Of a DNA stretch of 64,000 nt, positions 28,001-40,714 are shown one piece after another. Every line of letters starts with the position of its first letter. The stretch's first letter is position 1. Origin of the DNA: the human T2T-CHM13v2.0 reference genome, Homo sapiens; the NCBI GenBank assembly GCA_009914755.4, contig CP068257.2:8128001-8192000 (forward strand), read 5' to 3'. The translations under genes were made by a program, and so were the position numbers. Under the pieces are notes generated by a model that was not told where the DNA came from, made no database searches, and was given only the letters and a program-made list of their open reading frames with translations.

Positions 28001-31000
28001 TTCCAATCCATTCCATTCCATTCCACTCCATTCCATACCATTCCACTCCACTCGACTCCACTCCATTCCTTTCCATTCCATTCAACTCAACTCCAAACAA
28101 ATCCACTCCCCTCGATTCCTCTACATTCCACTCTATTCCACTCAAATCCACTCCACTGCACTCCACTCCACTCCACTTCACTCCACTCCACTCCATTCCA
28201 TTCCATTGCTTTCCACTCCACTCTGTTCAATTCCATTCCTTTAAATTCCATTTTATCACATTCCGTTAGATTCCACTGCACTCCACTCCATTGAATTCCA
28301 GTCCACCCTATTCCATTCCACACCATTCCACTCCACTCCACTCTACTTCACGGCATCCCATTCAATTCCATTTGATGTCATTCGATTCCATTCAGTTCCA
28401 TTCCATTTGATTCCATTCCATTCAATTTCATTCCTTTGAATTCCATTCCGTTAGATTCCATTGCATTCGAGGCCATTCCATTCCAGTCTACTGCATTCAG
28501 GTCCATTCAGTTTGGGTCCATTACATTCGAGTCCATTCCACTCGCGTCCATTCCATTTCATTCCATTCCACTCCACTCCACTCCATTCCACTCCACTCCA
28601 TTACACTACATTCTGCTCCAGTCCATTCCATTCCATTCTATTCCATCCCACTGCAATCCACTCCACTGCACTCCACTCCATTCTATTCTATTCCACTCCA
28701 CTCCATTTCATTCCACTCCACTCCATTCCACTCCACTACATTCCAATCCAATTCATTCCATTCCATTCTATTCAATTCCATTCCTTTCCATTGTGTTCCA
28801 TCGCACTGCAATCCACTCCACTCCTCTCCACTCCACCCCATTCCATTCTATTCCACTCCATTCCATTTCATTCCAATCCACTCCATTCTACTCCACTACA
28901 TTCCATTCCAATTCATTCCATTCCATTCTATTACATTCCATTCCACTCCACTCCTCTCCATTCAATTCCATTTCCATTCATTCCATTTCATTCCACTGTA
29001 ATACATTCCATTCCATTCCATTGCATTCCAGTCCAGTCCACTCCCCTCCGTTCAATTCCATTCCTTCCCATTCAATTCCTTTCCAATCCATTTCACCTGA
29101 CTCCACTCCACTCCATTCAATTAAATTCCACCCCATTCCATTCCACTTCATTCCACTCCTCTCCACTTCACCACATTGTTTTCAAATCCATTAGATGCTT
29201 TTCGAATCCATTCAATTCGAATCCATTCCATTCGATTCCATTCCATTCAATCCCATTCTATTTGATTCCGTTCCATTCGATTCCATTGCATTTGATTCCT
29301 TGGCATTTGATTCCATTCCATTCCATTCCGTTCCATTGCATTCCATTCCGTTATATTTGACTCAATTCCATTTGAGTCCATTCCTTTTGAGTCCAATCCA
29401 TTCCAGCCATTCCACTGGAATCCAATCCATTCCAGTCCATTCCATTTGATTCAATTCCATTCCAATCCATTTCATTCCACTCCACTCCACTCGTCTCCCC
29501 TCCACTCAACTCCATTCCAATCAAATCCAATGCATTGCACTCAAATACATTGCATTCCATTCCATTCAATTCCTTTCCTTCCCATTCCTTTCCATTCCAA
29601 TCAATTTCCCTCCACTCCACTCCATTCTATTCCATTCCAGCCCATTCCATTCCACTCCATTCCACTCCACTCCACTTCACAGCATTCCATTCGATTCCAT
29701 TCCATTCCAGTCCATTCCGTTCAATTTCATTAAATTCGATTCCATTCCATTCGAATCCATTCCTTTCGAATCCTTTCCTTTCGATTTCATTCCCTTCTGT
29801 TCCATTCCATTCCATTCCATTTCATTCGATTCCAGTCCATTCCATTCCTTTCCATTCCATTCCATTCCACTGCATTCCACTAACTCCACTCCACTCTGCT
29901 TTACTCCATTCCTTCCCATTCCATTCCACTCCGTTCTAATCCAATCCACTCCACTCCATTCTATTCCAATCCACTCCACTCCATTCTATTCCAATCCACT
30001 CCATTCCACTCCTCTCCACTCCGATTCACCGCAATCCATTCCATGCCATTTGATTACATTCAATTCAATTCCGTTCTAATCCATTCAATTACATTCCCTT
30101 CCATTCCATTCCATTCCATTCCATTCCATTCCATTCCATTCCATTCTATCCCATTCCATTCCATTCTATTCCATTCCAATTCAGTTGATTGCATTCCATT
30201 CCTTTTGATTCCTTGCCATTCCATTCCATTCGATACTATTCCATTCTATTCCATTCCATTCCATTTTATTCCGTTCCACTTCATTCCTTTGCATTCAATT
30301 CCTTTCCATTCCATTCCATTCCATTCCATTCCATTGCATTCCATTCCATTCCATTCCATTCATTGATTCCATTCCTTTGGATTCCCTTCCATTGAATTCC
30401 ATTCCATTCGAGTCCAGTCCATTCCATTCCAATACATTTCGTTCCATTCCATTCCATTCCATTCCATTCCATTCCATTCCGTTCCATAACCCTTCACTCC
30501 AATTCACTCCCCTTAACGCCACTCCATTCCATTCGATTCCATTCCATTCTATTCCATTCAATTCCACTCAATTCCATTCCATTCCACTCCACTCCATTCC
30601 ACTCCGTTTCAATCTATTCCACTCCATTCCATTCTATTCCATTCCTCTCCACTCAACTCCACTCCACTCCATTCCTTTTCACTCCATTCCATTCTATTCC
30701 ATTTCTTTCCAATCCACTCCACTCCATTCAATTCCATTCCTTCCCGTTACATTCAATTCCACTCCATTCCTCTCCACTCCTCTCCACTCCATTCAATTGC
30801 ATTCCAATTCTTTCCATTGCACACCACTCCACTGAACTTCACCACATTCCATTCGAATCCTTTCGATGCCATTTGATTCCATTCCATTTTATTTCATTCG
30901 ATACCATTTGATTCCATTCCTTTCGGTTCCATTCCATTTGATTGTGTTCCATTTGATTCCTTGCATTCAATTCCATTCTATGTCATTTGATTCCTTTCCA

Positions 31001-34000
31001 TTCGAATCCACTCCATTCCATTTGATTCCGTTGTACTCCATTCTACTCCATTCGAGTCCATTCCACTCCATTCCATTCCTTTCCATTCCATTTGATTCCA
31101 TTCCTTTCGAGTCCATTGCATTCAATTCCATTCGATTCCGTTCGATACTATTCCATTCCATTCCATTCCTTTCAATTCCATTCGTGTCATTTCCATTCCA
31201 TTCCATTCCATTCCATTCCATTCTATTCCATTCCATTCCATTGCACTGCATTCCACTCCACTCCACTCCACTCTTTTCAATTCCATTCCTTCCCATTCCA
31301 TTCCACTCTGTTCCAATCCAATCCACTCCACTCCATTCTATTCCATTCCACTCCATTCCATTCCACTCAATTCCACTCCTCTCCACTCCAGTTCACCGCA
31401 TTCCATTTGATGCCACTCAGTTCCATTCCATTCGATTCCATTCCATTCCATTCATTTCCATTCCATTCCGTTCCATTCCTTTCCATTCCTTTCGATTCTA
31501 TTGCATTCGATTGCATTCCATTTCATTTGATTCCATTCCATTAGATTCCATTCCATTCATTTCCCTTCCATTCCATTCAGTTCCATCCCATTCCGTTCCA
31601 TTCCAATCCATTCCCTTCCATTCCATTGCATTTGATTCCATTCCATTTCATTTGATTCCATTCCATTCCTTTTGATTCCATTGCACTCAATTCCATTCCA
31701 TTTCACTCTATTCGAGACCATTCCATTCCATTCCTTTCCACTCTATTTGTTTCCATTCCATTCAATTCCATTCCATTCGTTTCGTTTCCATTCGTTTCCA
31801 ATCAATTCCATTCAATTCTATTGCATTCTATTCCATTCCATTCGAGTCCATTCCCTTCCATTCCATTCCCTTCTATTCCTTCCATTCCATTCCACTGCAT
31901 TCCACTACACTCCTATTCACTCTGCTCAATTCCATTCCTTCCCATTCCATTCCACTCCTTTCCAATGCAATACACTCCAGCCCATTCTATTCCATTCCAC
32001 TCCATTCCATTCCACTCCATTCCAGTCCTCTCCACTCCACTTAACCGCAATCCATTCAATGCTGTTTGATTCCATTCCATTCTTTTCCATTCCACTCCAT
32101 TGCATTCCATTCCATTTCGTTCCATTCCATTCTACTCCATTCCTTTCTATTCTATTCCATTCCTTTTAATTCCATTGCCTTCAAATCTTTTCGAGTTAAT
32201 TCCTTTCCATTCCATTCTATTCCATTCCATTCCATTCCATTCGTTTCCATTCCTTTCAATACCATTCCTTTGGATTCCATTCCATTCTATTCCATTCCAT
32301 TCGAGTCCAGTCCATTCCAATCCATTCCATTAAAATCCATTCCATTCCATTACAATCCATTCCATTCCATTCCACTCCATTCCATTCCATTTCCCTTCAC
32401 TCCACTCCATTTTGTGCCACTTCATTCTATTCGATTTCATTCCATTCCATTCCAATAAATTCTGCTCTACTCCATTCCATTCTATTCCAGTCCATTCAAC
32501 TCCATTCCATTCCATTCCATTCTATTCCATTCCACTCCACTCCATTCCATTCCATTCCACTGCTTTCCCATCCACTCCACTACTTTCCGTTCAATTCCAT
32601 TCCTTCCCATTCCATTCCATTCCACTCCATTCCTCTCCACTCCTCTGCACTCCGTTAAATTCCATTCATTATCATTCCACTCTACTCCATTCCACTCCAA
32701 TCCACTCCACTCCATTCAATTCCATTCCACACCATTCCATTCCCGTCCATTCCACTCCTCTCTACTCCACTTCACCACATTTTATTCGATGCCATTCGTT
32801 TCCATTCCATTCCATTCCATTCCATTCCATTCCATTCCATTCCATTCCATTCTGTTCCATTCCACTCGGTTTTAATCAATTCCATTCTATTCCATTCCAT
32901 TGCTTTTCAATTCCTCTCCACTCCACTCAACTCCATTCAATTATATTTCTTCTCTTTCCATTCCACTCCATTCAAAACCAGTGCACTCCACTGCATTCAA
33001 TTCCATTCCACCCCTCTGTTCTCCACTTCACCACATTCCAGTTGATTCCATTCAATTCCTTTCCATTGGATTCCATTCCATTGGATTGCATTCCTATTTC
33101 TTTCTATTCTATTGCATTCCATTCAATTCCATTCCATTTGTGTCCATTCCATTCCATTCCCTTCCATTCCATTCCATTCCATTCCATTCCCTTCCATTCC
33201 AGTCCATTTCATTCTTTTCCATTCCATTCCTTTCCATTCCATTCCATTCCATTCAGTTCCATTTCTTTCCTTTCCATTGCCTTGCATTCCATTCCATTAG
33301 ATTCCATTACATTCGATTCTCTTCTATTTGATTCCTTTCATTTGATTCCATTCCTTTCGTCTGCATTTCATTCGATTCCTTTACATTCGATTCCATTCCC
33401 TTCTATTGCATTCCATTCGATTGCATTCTATTTGATACCATTCCATTCCGTTCCATTCCATTCCATTCCATTCCATTCCATTCCATTCCATTCCATTCAT
33501 TTCCATTTCATTCGATTCCATTCATTTTGAGTCCGTTCCATTGCAATCCATTCCATTCAAGTCCATTCGATTCCACTCCATTCCATTCCCGTCCCTTCCA
33601 TTCGATTGCTTTTCATTCGATTCCATTCCACTCGATTCCATTCCCTTTGCATCCATTCCTTTCGAGTACATTCGATTAGTGTACATTCCATTCAAGTCCA
33701 TTCCATTCGAGTCCATTCCATTCCAGACCATTTCATTCGATTCCATCCCATTTGCTTCCAATCCATTCGATCCCCTTCCTTTTGATTCCACACTGTTAGA
33801 GCCCATTCCATTTGAGTCCAATCCATTTGATTCCATTACATTACATTACATTGCATTACATTACATTCGATTCCATTCCATTTGATTCCGTTTCATTGGA
33901 TTCCATTACATTGGAGTCCATTCCTTTCCATTTGATTCCATTCCAATCCATTCCATTCCATTCCATTCCATTCCATTCCATTCCATTCAATTCCATTCCA

Positions 34001-34094
34001 TTCTAATCCCTTCCATTCCATTCCATTCCTTTCGAGTCCATTCCATTCCAGTCCATTCCTTTCGAGTATATTCCATTCCACTCCATTCCATTCC

Positions 34095-34700
34095 ATTCCA
34101 TTGGAGTCCATGCGGCTTGAGTCAATTCCACCCGAGTCCATTTCATTCGAGTCCATTCCTCTCGAGTACATTCCATTTCACTCCATTCCATTCCATTCCA
34201 TTCCATTCCATTCCATTCCATTGGAGTGCATTCCATTCCTATCCAATCCATTCGAGAACATTCCATTCCATTCCATTCCTTTCCATTTGATTCCATTCCA
34301 TTACAGTCTGTTCCATTCAAGTCCATTCCATTCCGTTCCATTCCATTTCATTCCATTCCATTTCATTGGAATCCATGTGTCTTGAGTCCATTCCACCCAA
34401 GTCCATTCCATTCGAGTCCACTCCACTCGAGTCCATTCCATTCTAGTCCATTTGACTCGAGTCCATTCAACTCGAGTCCATTCCATTCAAGTCCATTCCT
34501 CTCCAGTCCATTCCATTTCACTCCATTCAATTCCATTACATTTCATTCGATTCCATTCCATTTGATTCCGTTTCATTTGAGTCCATTCCATTCCTGTCCA
34601 ACCCATTTGAGCCCATTCCATTCCATTCCACTCCTTTCCATTTGATTCCATTCTATTTGAGTCCATTCGCTTCGAGTCCATTCCATTCTAGTTCATTCCA
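34095..34700. repeat. Cluster of a CpG-containing ~270-325-bp variant unit (ccattggagtccatgcggctYgagtcc...ctcgagtcc...ccatttgactcgagtcc) within HSat3.
   Basis: Units start at ~34,095 (ccattggagtccatgcggcttgagtcaattccacccgagtcc) and at ~34,368 (ggaatccatgtgtcttgagtccattccacccaagtcc ... ctagtccatttgactcgagtcc). The same unit recurs at 37,870-38,520. Confidence 0.6.
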
Positions 34701-37700
34701 CTAGAGTCCATTCCATTCAATTCCAGTCAATTCGAGTCTGTTCCACTCGATTCCATTCCATTCGAGTCCATTCCGTTCCATTTGATTTGATTCCATTCCA
34801 TTCGGGTCCATTCCATTCGTGTCCATTCCACTGAAGTCAATTCCATTCTAGTCCAGTCAACTCGAGTCCATTCAACTCAAGTTCATTCCATTCGAGTCTA
34901 TTCCACTCGAGTCCATCCATTCCACTCCATTCCATTCCAGTCCATTCCATTCCCCTGCTCTGAACTCCATTACCTTCCACTACACTCCATTCCACTCCAT
35001 TGCATTCCATTCCACTCCACTCCAATCCACTCCACTATGTTCAATTCCATTCCTTCACATTCCATTCCATTGCACTGCTTTACACTCAACTCAACTCCAC
35101 TCTATTCACTTCCATTTCACCCCTTTCCATTCCCCTCCATTCCACACCACTGCCCTCCATTTCACTGCATTCCATTCGGTTCCAATCGATGCCATTCTAT
35201 TCCATTCCTTTCGGTTCCATTCCAATCGATTCCATTCTATTAGAATCCATTCCATTTGATTTCATTCCATTCGAGACCATTCCATTCCATTCGATCCAAT
35301 TCCATTCGATTCCATTCCATTCTATTCAATTCCTTTCGAATCCATTCCATTTTACTCCTTTCCGTTGTAGTCCATTGCATTCCATTCCACTTGATTTCAT
35401 TCCATTCCATTCGTTTCCACCCCATTCCATTCCATTCCAATCTATTCCATTCGATTCCATTCAATTCCATTCCGTTCCGTTCCATTCCATCCCATTCAAT
35501 TGCATTCCAATGCATTCCATTCCATTCCTTTCCATTCCATTCCATTCCATTCGATATCTTTCCACTGCTTTCCATTCCATTCCATTCGAGTCCATTCCAT
35601 TCAAGTCTATTGCGCTCGAGTCCATTCCATTCCATTCCATTCCATTCCATTCCACTCCACTCCACTACATTCCATTACCCCATACCCATTGTATTCCACT
35701 GCATTCCAGTCCATTCCACTCCATTCCATTCCATTCCATTGCATTCCATTCAAATCCACTCCCATCCAATCCACACCGTTCAATTCCATTCCTTCCCCTT
35801 CTATTCCATTCCACTCCAAACCACTCCACTCCATTCCACTCCACCCCACTACATTCCAATCCACTCCACTCCACTACATTCCATTCCACTCCACTCCACT
35901 CTACTCCACTCCTCTCTGTTCCACTCAAATCCGTTCTATTCCTTTCCTTCCCATTCCATTCCACTCCATTCCACTGCACTCCACTCCATTCCATTGGATC
36001 CCATTCCATTTGATTCCATTCCATTCAATTCAATTCCTTCTGTTTCCATTCCATTTGAGTCCTTTCCATTGTAGTCCATTGTATTCCATTCCATTCCATT
36101 TTACTCCATTCCATTCCATTCAATTCCACTCCATTCGATCCCACTCCATTCGATCCCACTCCTTTCGATCCCATTCCATTTGATTCAATTCCATTTTATT
36201 CCATTCAATTTGAATGTTTTCCATTCGAGGCCATTACATTGGAGTCCAATCCATTCCATTGCATTTCATTTCATTCCATTGCATTCGATTCCATTCCATT
36301 CCATTGCGTTATTTTCCATTCCATTCCATTCCATTCTGTTCTTTTCCATTCCATTCGTATCCATTCCATTTCAGTCCATTCCATTCGATTCCATTCCATT
36401 CCAGTCCATTCCTTTTTATTCCTTTCCTTTCGATTCCATTCCATTCAATTGCTTTCAATTCGATTCTCTTCCAATTGATTCCATACCTTTGGAGTCAATA
36501 TTTTTCGAGTCCGCTGCATTCAAATCCATTCCATACGAGTCCATTTCGTTCCAGTCAATTACATTTGAGTCCATTCCATTCCAGTCCATACCATTTGATT
36601 CCATTCCCTTCCATTCAATTCAATATCTTTCCATTCCATTCCATTCAAATTCATTCCATTAGATTCTATTCCATTAGATGCGAGTCCATTCCATTTGAGT
36701 GTATTCCACTCGAGTACATTCCATTCCATTCCATTCCATTCCACTCCATTCCATTCCATTCGAATTCATTCCATTCCATTCCTCTGCATTTGATTCCAAT
36801 ACACTCCATTCCATTCCATCCCATTCCATTGCATTCCATTCGAATCCACTCCACTCCACTCCACTTGGTTCAATTCTATTCTTTCCTATTCCATAACTTT
36901 CCACTCCATTCCACTCCACTCCATTCCATTCAATTCCATTTCACCCCACTGCATTCCAATCCATTCTACTCCACTGCACTCTGCTTCACCGCATTCCATT
37001 CGAATCCATTTGTTTCCATTTGATTTCATTCCACTTGATTCCATTCCATTCGATTCCATTCCATTCATACCCATTCCATTTGATTCCGTTCCATTCCATT
37101 GGAGTCCATTTCATTCAATTCCATTCCATTCCTTTCCATTCCATTCCATTCCATTCCATTAGATTCCATTCTATTCTATTCTATTCCATTCCATTTGTTT
37201 CCATTCCATTCGACTGCATTTCTTTCGATTCCATTCCATTCGATTACATTACATTCTATTGCATTCCATAAGATTACATTCCATTTGATACCATTCTGTT
37301 CCATTCCATTGCATACCATTCCATTCCACTCGATTCCATGTTATTTGATTCCATTCATTTTGAGTCCATTCCATTGCAATCCATTTCATTCAAGTCCATT
37401 CCGTTCCACTCCATTCCATTGCAGTCCATTCCATTCGATTGCATTGCATTCGATTCCATTCCATTCGATTCCATTCCACTCGATTCCATTCCCTTCGAGT
37501 CCATTCCATTAGTGTCCATTCCATTCGAGTCCATTCCATTTGAGTCCATTCCATTCCAGGTCATTACATTTGATTCCATTCCATTCGATTCCATTCCATT
37601 CGATCCCCTTCCATTCGATTCCATACCATTCGGGCCCATTCCATTCGAGTCCAATCCATTCGATTCCATTCGATTCCATTCCATTCCATTCCATTCCATT

Positions 37701-37869
37701 CCATTCCATTCCATTCCATTGCTTTCCATTCGATTCCATTACATTGGAGTCTATTCCATTCCAGTTGGTTCCATTCCATTATATTCCATTATATTCCATT
37801 CGAGTCCATTCCATTCCTGTCCATTCCATTCGACTCCATTCCACTCCATTCCATTTTATTCCATTCCAT

Positions 37870-38520
37870 TCCATTCCTTTCCATTGGAGTCCATTTGGCT
37901 GGAGTCCATTCTACCTGAATCCACTGCATTGGAGTTTATTCCACTCGTGTCCATTCCATTCTAGTCCATTTGACTGGAGTCTATTCCACTCGAGTCCCTT
38001 CCACTCGAGTCCATTCCATTTCTATCCATTCCATTCCTTCCCATTTCATTCAATTCCGTTCCATTCGAGTCCATTCCATTCCTGTCCAATCCATTCAAGT
38101 CCATTCCATTCCATTCCATTCCTTTCCCTATGATTCCGTTCAATTCAAGTCCATTCCCTTCGAGTCCATTCCATTCCTTTCCATTCCATTCCATTCCATT
38201 GGAGTCCATGCGGCTCGAGTCCATTCGGCCCGCATCAATTGCATTCGAGTCCTTTCCACTCGTGTCCATTCCATTCTAGTCCATTTGACTCGTGTCCATT
38301 CCACACGAGTCCATTCCATTCGAGTCCATTCCTCCCGAGTCCATTCCATTTCACTCCATTCCATTCTATTCCATTTCATTCTATTCCATTCCATTCGATT
38401 CCATTCCATTCGAGTCCATTCCATTCCTGTCCAATCCATTCAAGTCCATTCCATTCCATTGCTTTCCATTTGATTCCATTTGATTCGAGTCCATTCCCTT
38501 CGAGTCCATTCCGTTCCAGT
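37870..38520. repeat. Second cluster of the same ~325-bp CpG-containing variant unit, two tandem units.
   Basis: At 37,870 the unit begins ccattggagtccatttggctggagtcc...ctagtccatttgactggagtc. At 38,195 it begins ccattggagtccatgcggctcgagtccattcggcccgcatcaattgcattcgagtcc...ctagtccatttgactcgtgtcc. The minus-strand peptides of the two clusters are near-identical (..TRMKWTRVELTQAAWTPMEWNGME vs ..TRMQLMRAEWTRAAWTPMEWNGME), which confirms paralogy. Confidence 0.6.
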
Positions 38521-39315
38521 ACATTCCATTCAAGTTCATTCCACTCCACCGCATTTCAATCCATTCCTTTCCTTTTCAGTCCATTTGATTCAATTCCACT
38601 CTACTCCACTCCATTCCTTTCCATTCCATTCCATTCCATTGAACTGCAATCCAATCCACTCCACTCAACTCCACACTACTCCACTCAACTCCTTTCCCTT
38701 CTGTTCCATTCCATTCCATTCAATTCCATTCCATTCCATTCCACTCCATTCCACTGCACTCCATTGCATTTCACTCCATTATACTCCATTCCACTCCATT
38801 CCACTCCACTCCACTCCACTCCATTCCATTCCACTGCACTCCGGTCCACTCCACTCAACTCCACTCCACTCCACTCAACCTCCACTCCATTCTATTCTGT
38901 TCCCTTCCATTCTGTACCATTCCATTCCATTCCACTCCACTCCATTCCACTCCACTCCATTCCACAACATTCCACTCCATTCCACTGCACTCCACTCCAC
39001 TGCACTCCATTCCATTCCACTCAACTGCACTCCATTCCATTCCACTGCATTCCATTCCGTTGCATTCCACTCCATTCCAATGCACTCCATTCCACCCCAC
39101 TCCACTCCATTATACTCCATTCCAATTCATTCCATTAATTTCCATTGCCTTCTACTCCATTCCATTTCATTCACTTCCACTCCATTCCTCTCCACTCCAT
39201 TCCACTCCTTTCTGTTACTGTCCACTCCACTCCATTCCACTCCTTTCCTTTCTGTTCCATTCCACTCCACTCCATTCAATTCCACTCTACTCCATTCCAT
39301 TCCATTCCTTTATTT

Positions 39316-39372
39316 CAATTGGCTGTAACTCTGTCTCCCAGACTGTAGTGCAGTGACACAATCTTAGCTCTC
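39316..39372 (-). mobile_element. Short Alu-derived fragment, Alu right-arm 3' part in antisense orientation, embedded in HSat3.
   Basis: The window reads gtaactctgtctcccagactgtagtgcagtgacacaatcttagctctc. This matches the Alu antisense sequence tcgctctgtcgcccaggctggagtgcagtggcgcgatctcggctcac. Mismatches fall mainly at Alu CpG sites, which have decayed to CA or TA. The ~80 bp from 39,311 to 39,394 does not fit the pentamer pattern. Confidence 0.4.
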
Positions 39373-40714
39373 ATTTCCTTTCACCACTGTGTTCCATTCC
39401 ATTCCATTCCACTCCACTCCACTCCATTCCACTCCACTCTATTCCATTTCATTCCATTCCATTCCATTCCATTGCACTCTCATCCACTCAACTCAACTCC
39501 TCTGCACTCCACTCCACTCCATTCCGTTCCATTCCACTCCTTTCCATTACATTCCATTCCTTTCCATTCCATTCCTTTCCACTCCACTTCATTTCAATCC
39601 ACTCCTTTCCATTAAATTCCTCCCTACTCCACTCCTCTCCACTCCATTCCATTCCATTCGACTGCACTCTGATCCACTCCACTCAACTCCACTCCACTCA
39701 ACTGCACTCCACCCCACTCCACTCCATTCCACTCCACTCCACTCCATTCTGCTCCTCTCCATGCCATTCCACTCCACTCCATTCCATTCCACTCCGCTCC
39801 ACTCCATTTCATTCCACTCCAGTCCTTTACATTACACTCCACTCCATTCCATTCCATTCCAGTCCACTCCACTCCACTCCATTCCACTCCACTCCATTCC
39901 ATTCCATTCGACTGCACTCTGATCCACTCCACTCAACTCCACTCTTCTGTTCTCCATTCCGTTCCATTCTGTCGCATTCCATTCCTTTCCATTGTATTCC
40001 ATCCCACTCTAATCCATGCCATTCCACTCCTTTCCTCTCCTCTTCACTCCACTCCAATCCACTCCACTCCATTCCATTCCATTTCATTCTATTCCACTGC
40101 ATTCTGATACACTACTCTCAACTCCACTGCACTCCAGTGCACTCCATTCCACTCCTTTCCATTCCTTTCCATTCAGTTCCGTTCCATTCCATTCCATTCC
40201 CCTCCACTGCATTCCACTCCACTCCATTTCACTCCATTCCACTCCCTTCCACTCTTCTTCACTCCACTCCACTCCAGTCTATTCCACTCTAATCCATTCC
40301 TTTCCACTCCACTCCAGTCCATTCCACTCTAATCCATTCCTTTCCACTCCACTCCACTCCATTCCATTCCACTCTATTCCATTCCTTTCCACTCTATTCC
40401 ATTCCATTCCATTCAATTGCACTCCATTCAACTCCACTCCACTCCACTCTCCAATTCACTCTACTCCACTCCACTTTAATCCACTCCTTTCCACTCCACT
40501 CCATTCCAGTCCACTCTATTCCATTTGACTCCACTCCTCTCCACTCCACTCCATTCCATCCCATTCCTTTCAAATCCCCTCCATTCCGTTGCACTCCTCT
40601 CCACTCCACTCCACTCCAATTGTCACCACTCCACTCTACTCCTTTCCATTCCACTCCACTCAATTCCATTCCCTTCCATTCTGTTCCATTCCGTTTCATT
40701 CCACTGCACTCTGA

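Larger units (their letters stand above)
25051..40714. repeat. HSat3-type pentameric satellite, domain B (CCACT-rich subfamily). CCACTCC-type and CGATTCC/GAGTCC-type sub-blocks alternate. The GAATAAATTCC...GAGACC landmark of domain A is absent.
   Basis: From ~25,050 the motif changes to ccactccactccattccattc. A marker ccacttcaccgcattcc (and close variants such as cacagcattcc or caccacattcc) recurs at ~26975, 27615, 28345, 29170, 29670, 30025, 30835, 31390, 32045, 32775, 33025 and 36985. caattccattccttcccattccattccactcc recurs at ~29030, 30700, 31270, 31920, 32580, 35760 and 35930. Larger gagtcc/gattcc-type sub-blocks lie at ~33,290-34,950 and ~36,000-38,520, and CCACT-rich blocks at 34,950-36,000 and 38,520-40,714. 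Confidence 0.85.

Noticed and set aside
34100-34140. Possible classical HSat3 10-bp CAACCCGAGT-type element (ccacccgagtcc at ~34,125, cccgagtcc at 38,335).
   Set aside because: The string resembles that motif, but I am not certain of its orientation relative to the ATTCC strand. The resemblance is partial (CCACCCGAGT vs CAACCCGAGT). I describe it only as part of the CpG-bearing variant unit.
1-40714. Dozens of long ORFs on both strands (up to 445 aa), with peptides like ...SIPFHSIPFHSIPFH... (+) and ...MEWNGMEWNGMEWNG... (-).
   Set aside because: They are translations of the (ATTCC)n pentamer. The 5-bp period gives a 15-bp periodic peptide in every frame. There are no start contexts, no codon-usage signal, and the same peptide families appear in all frames and both strands. 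They are not genes.
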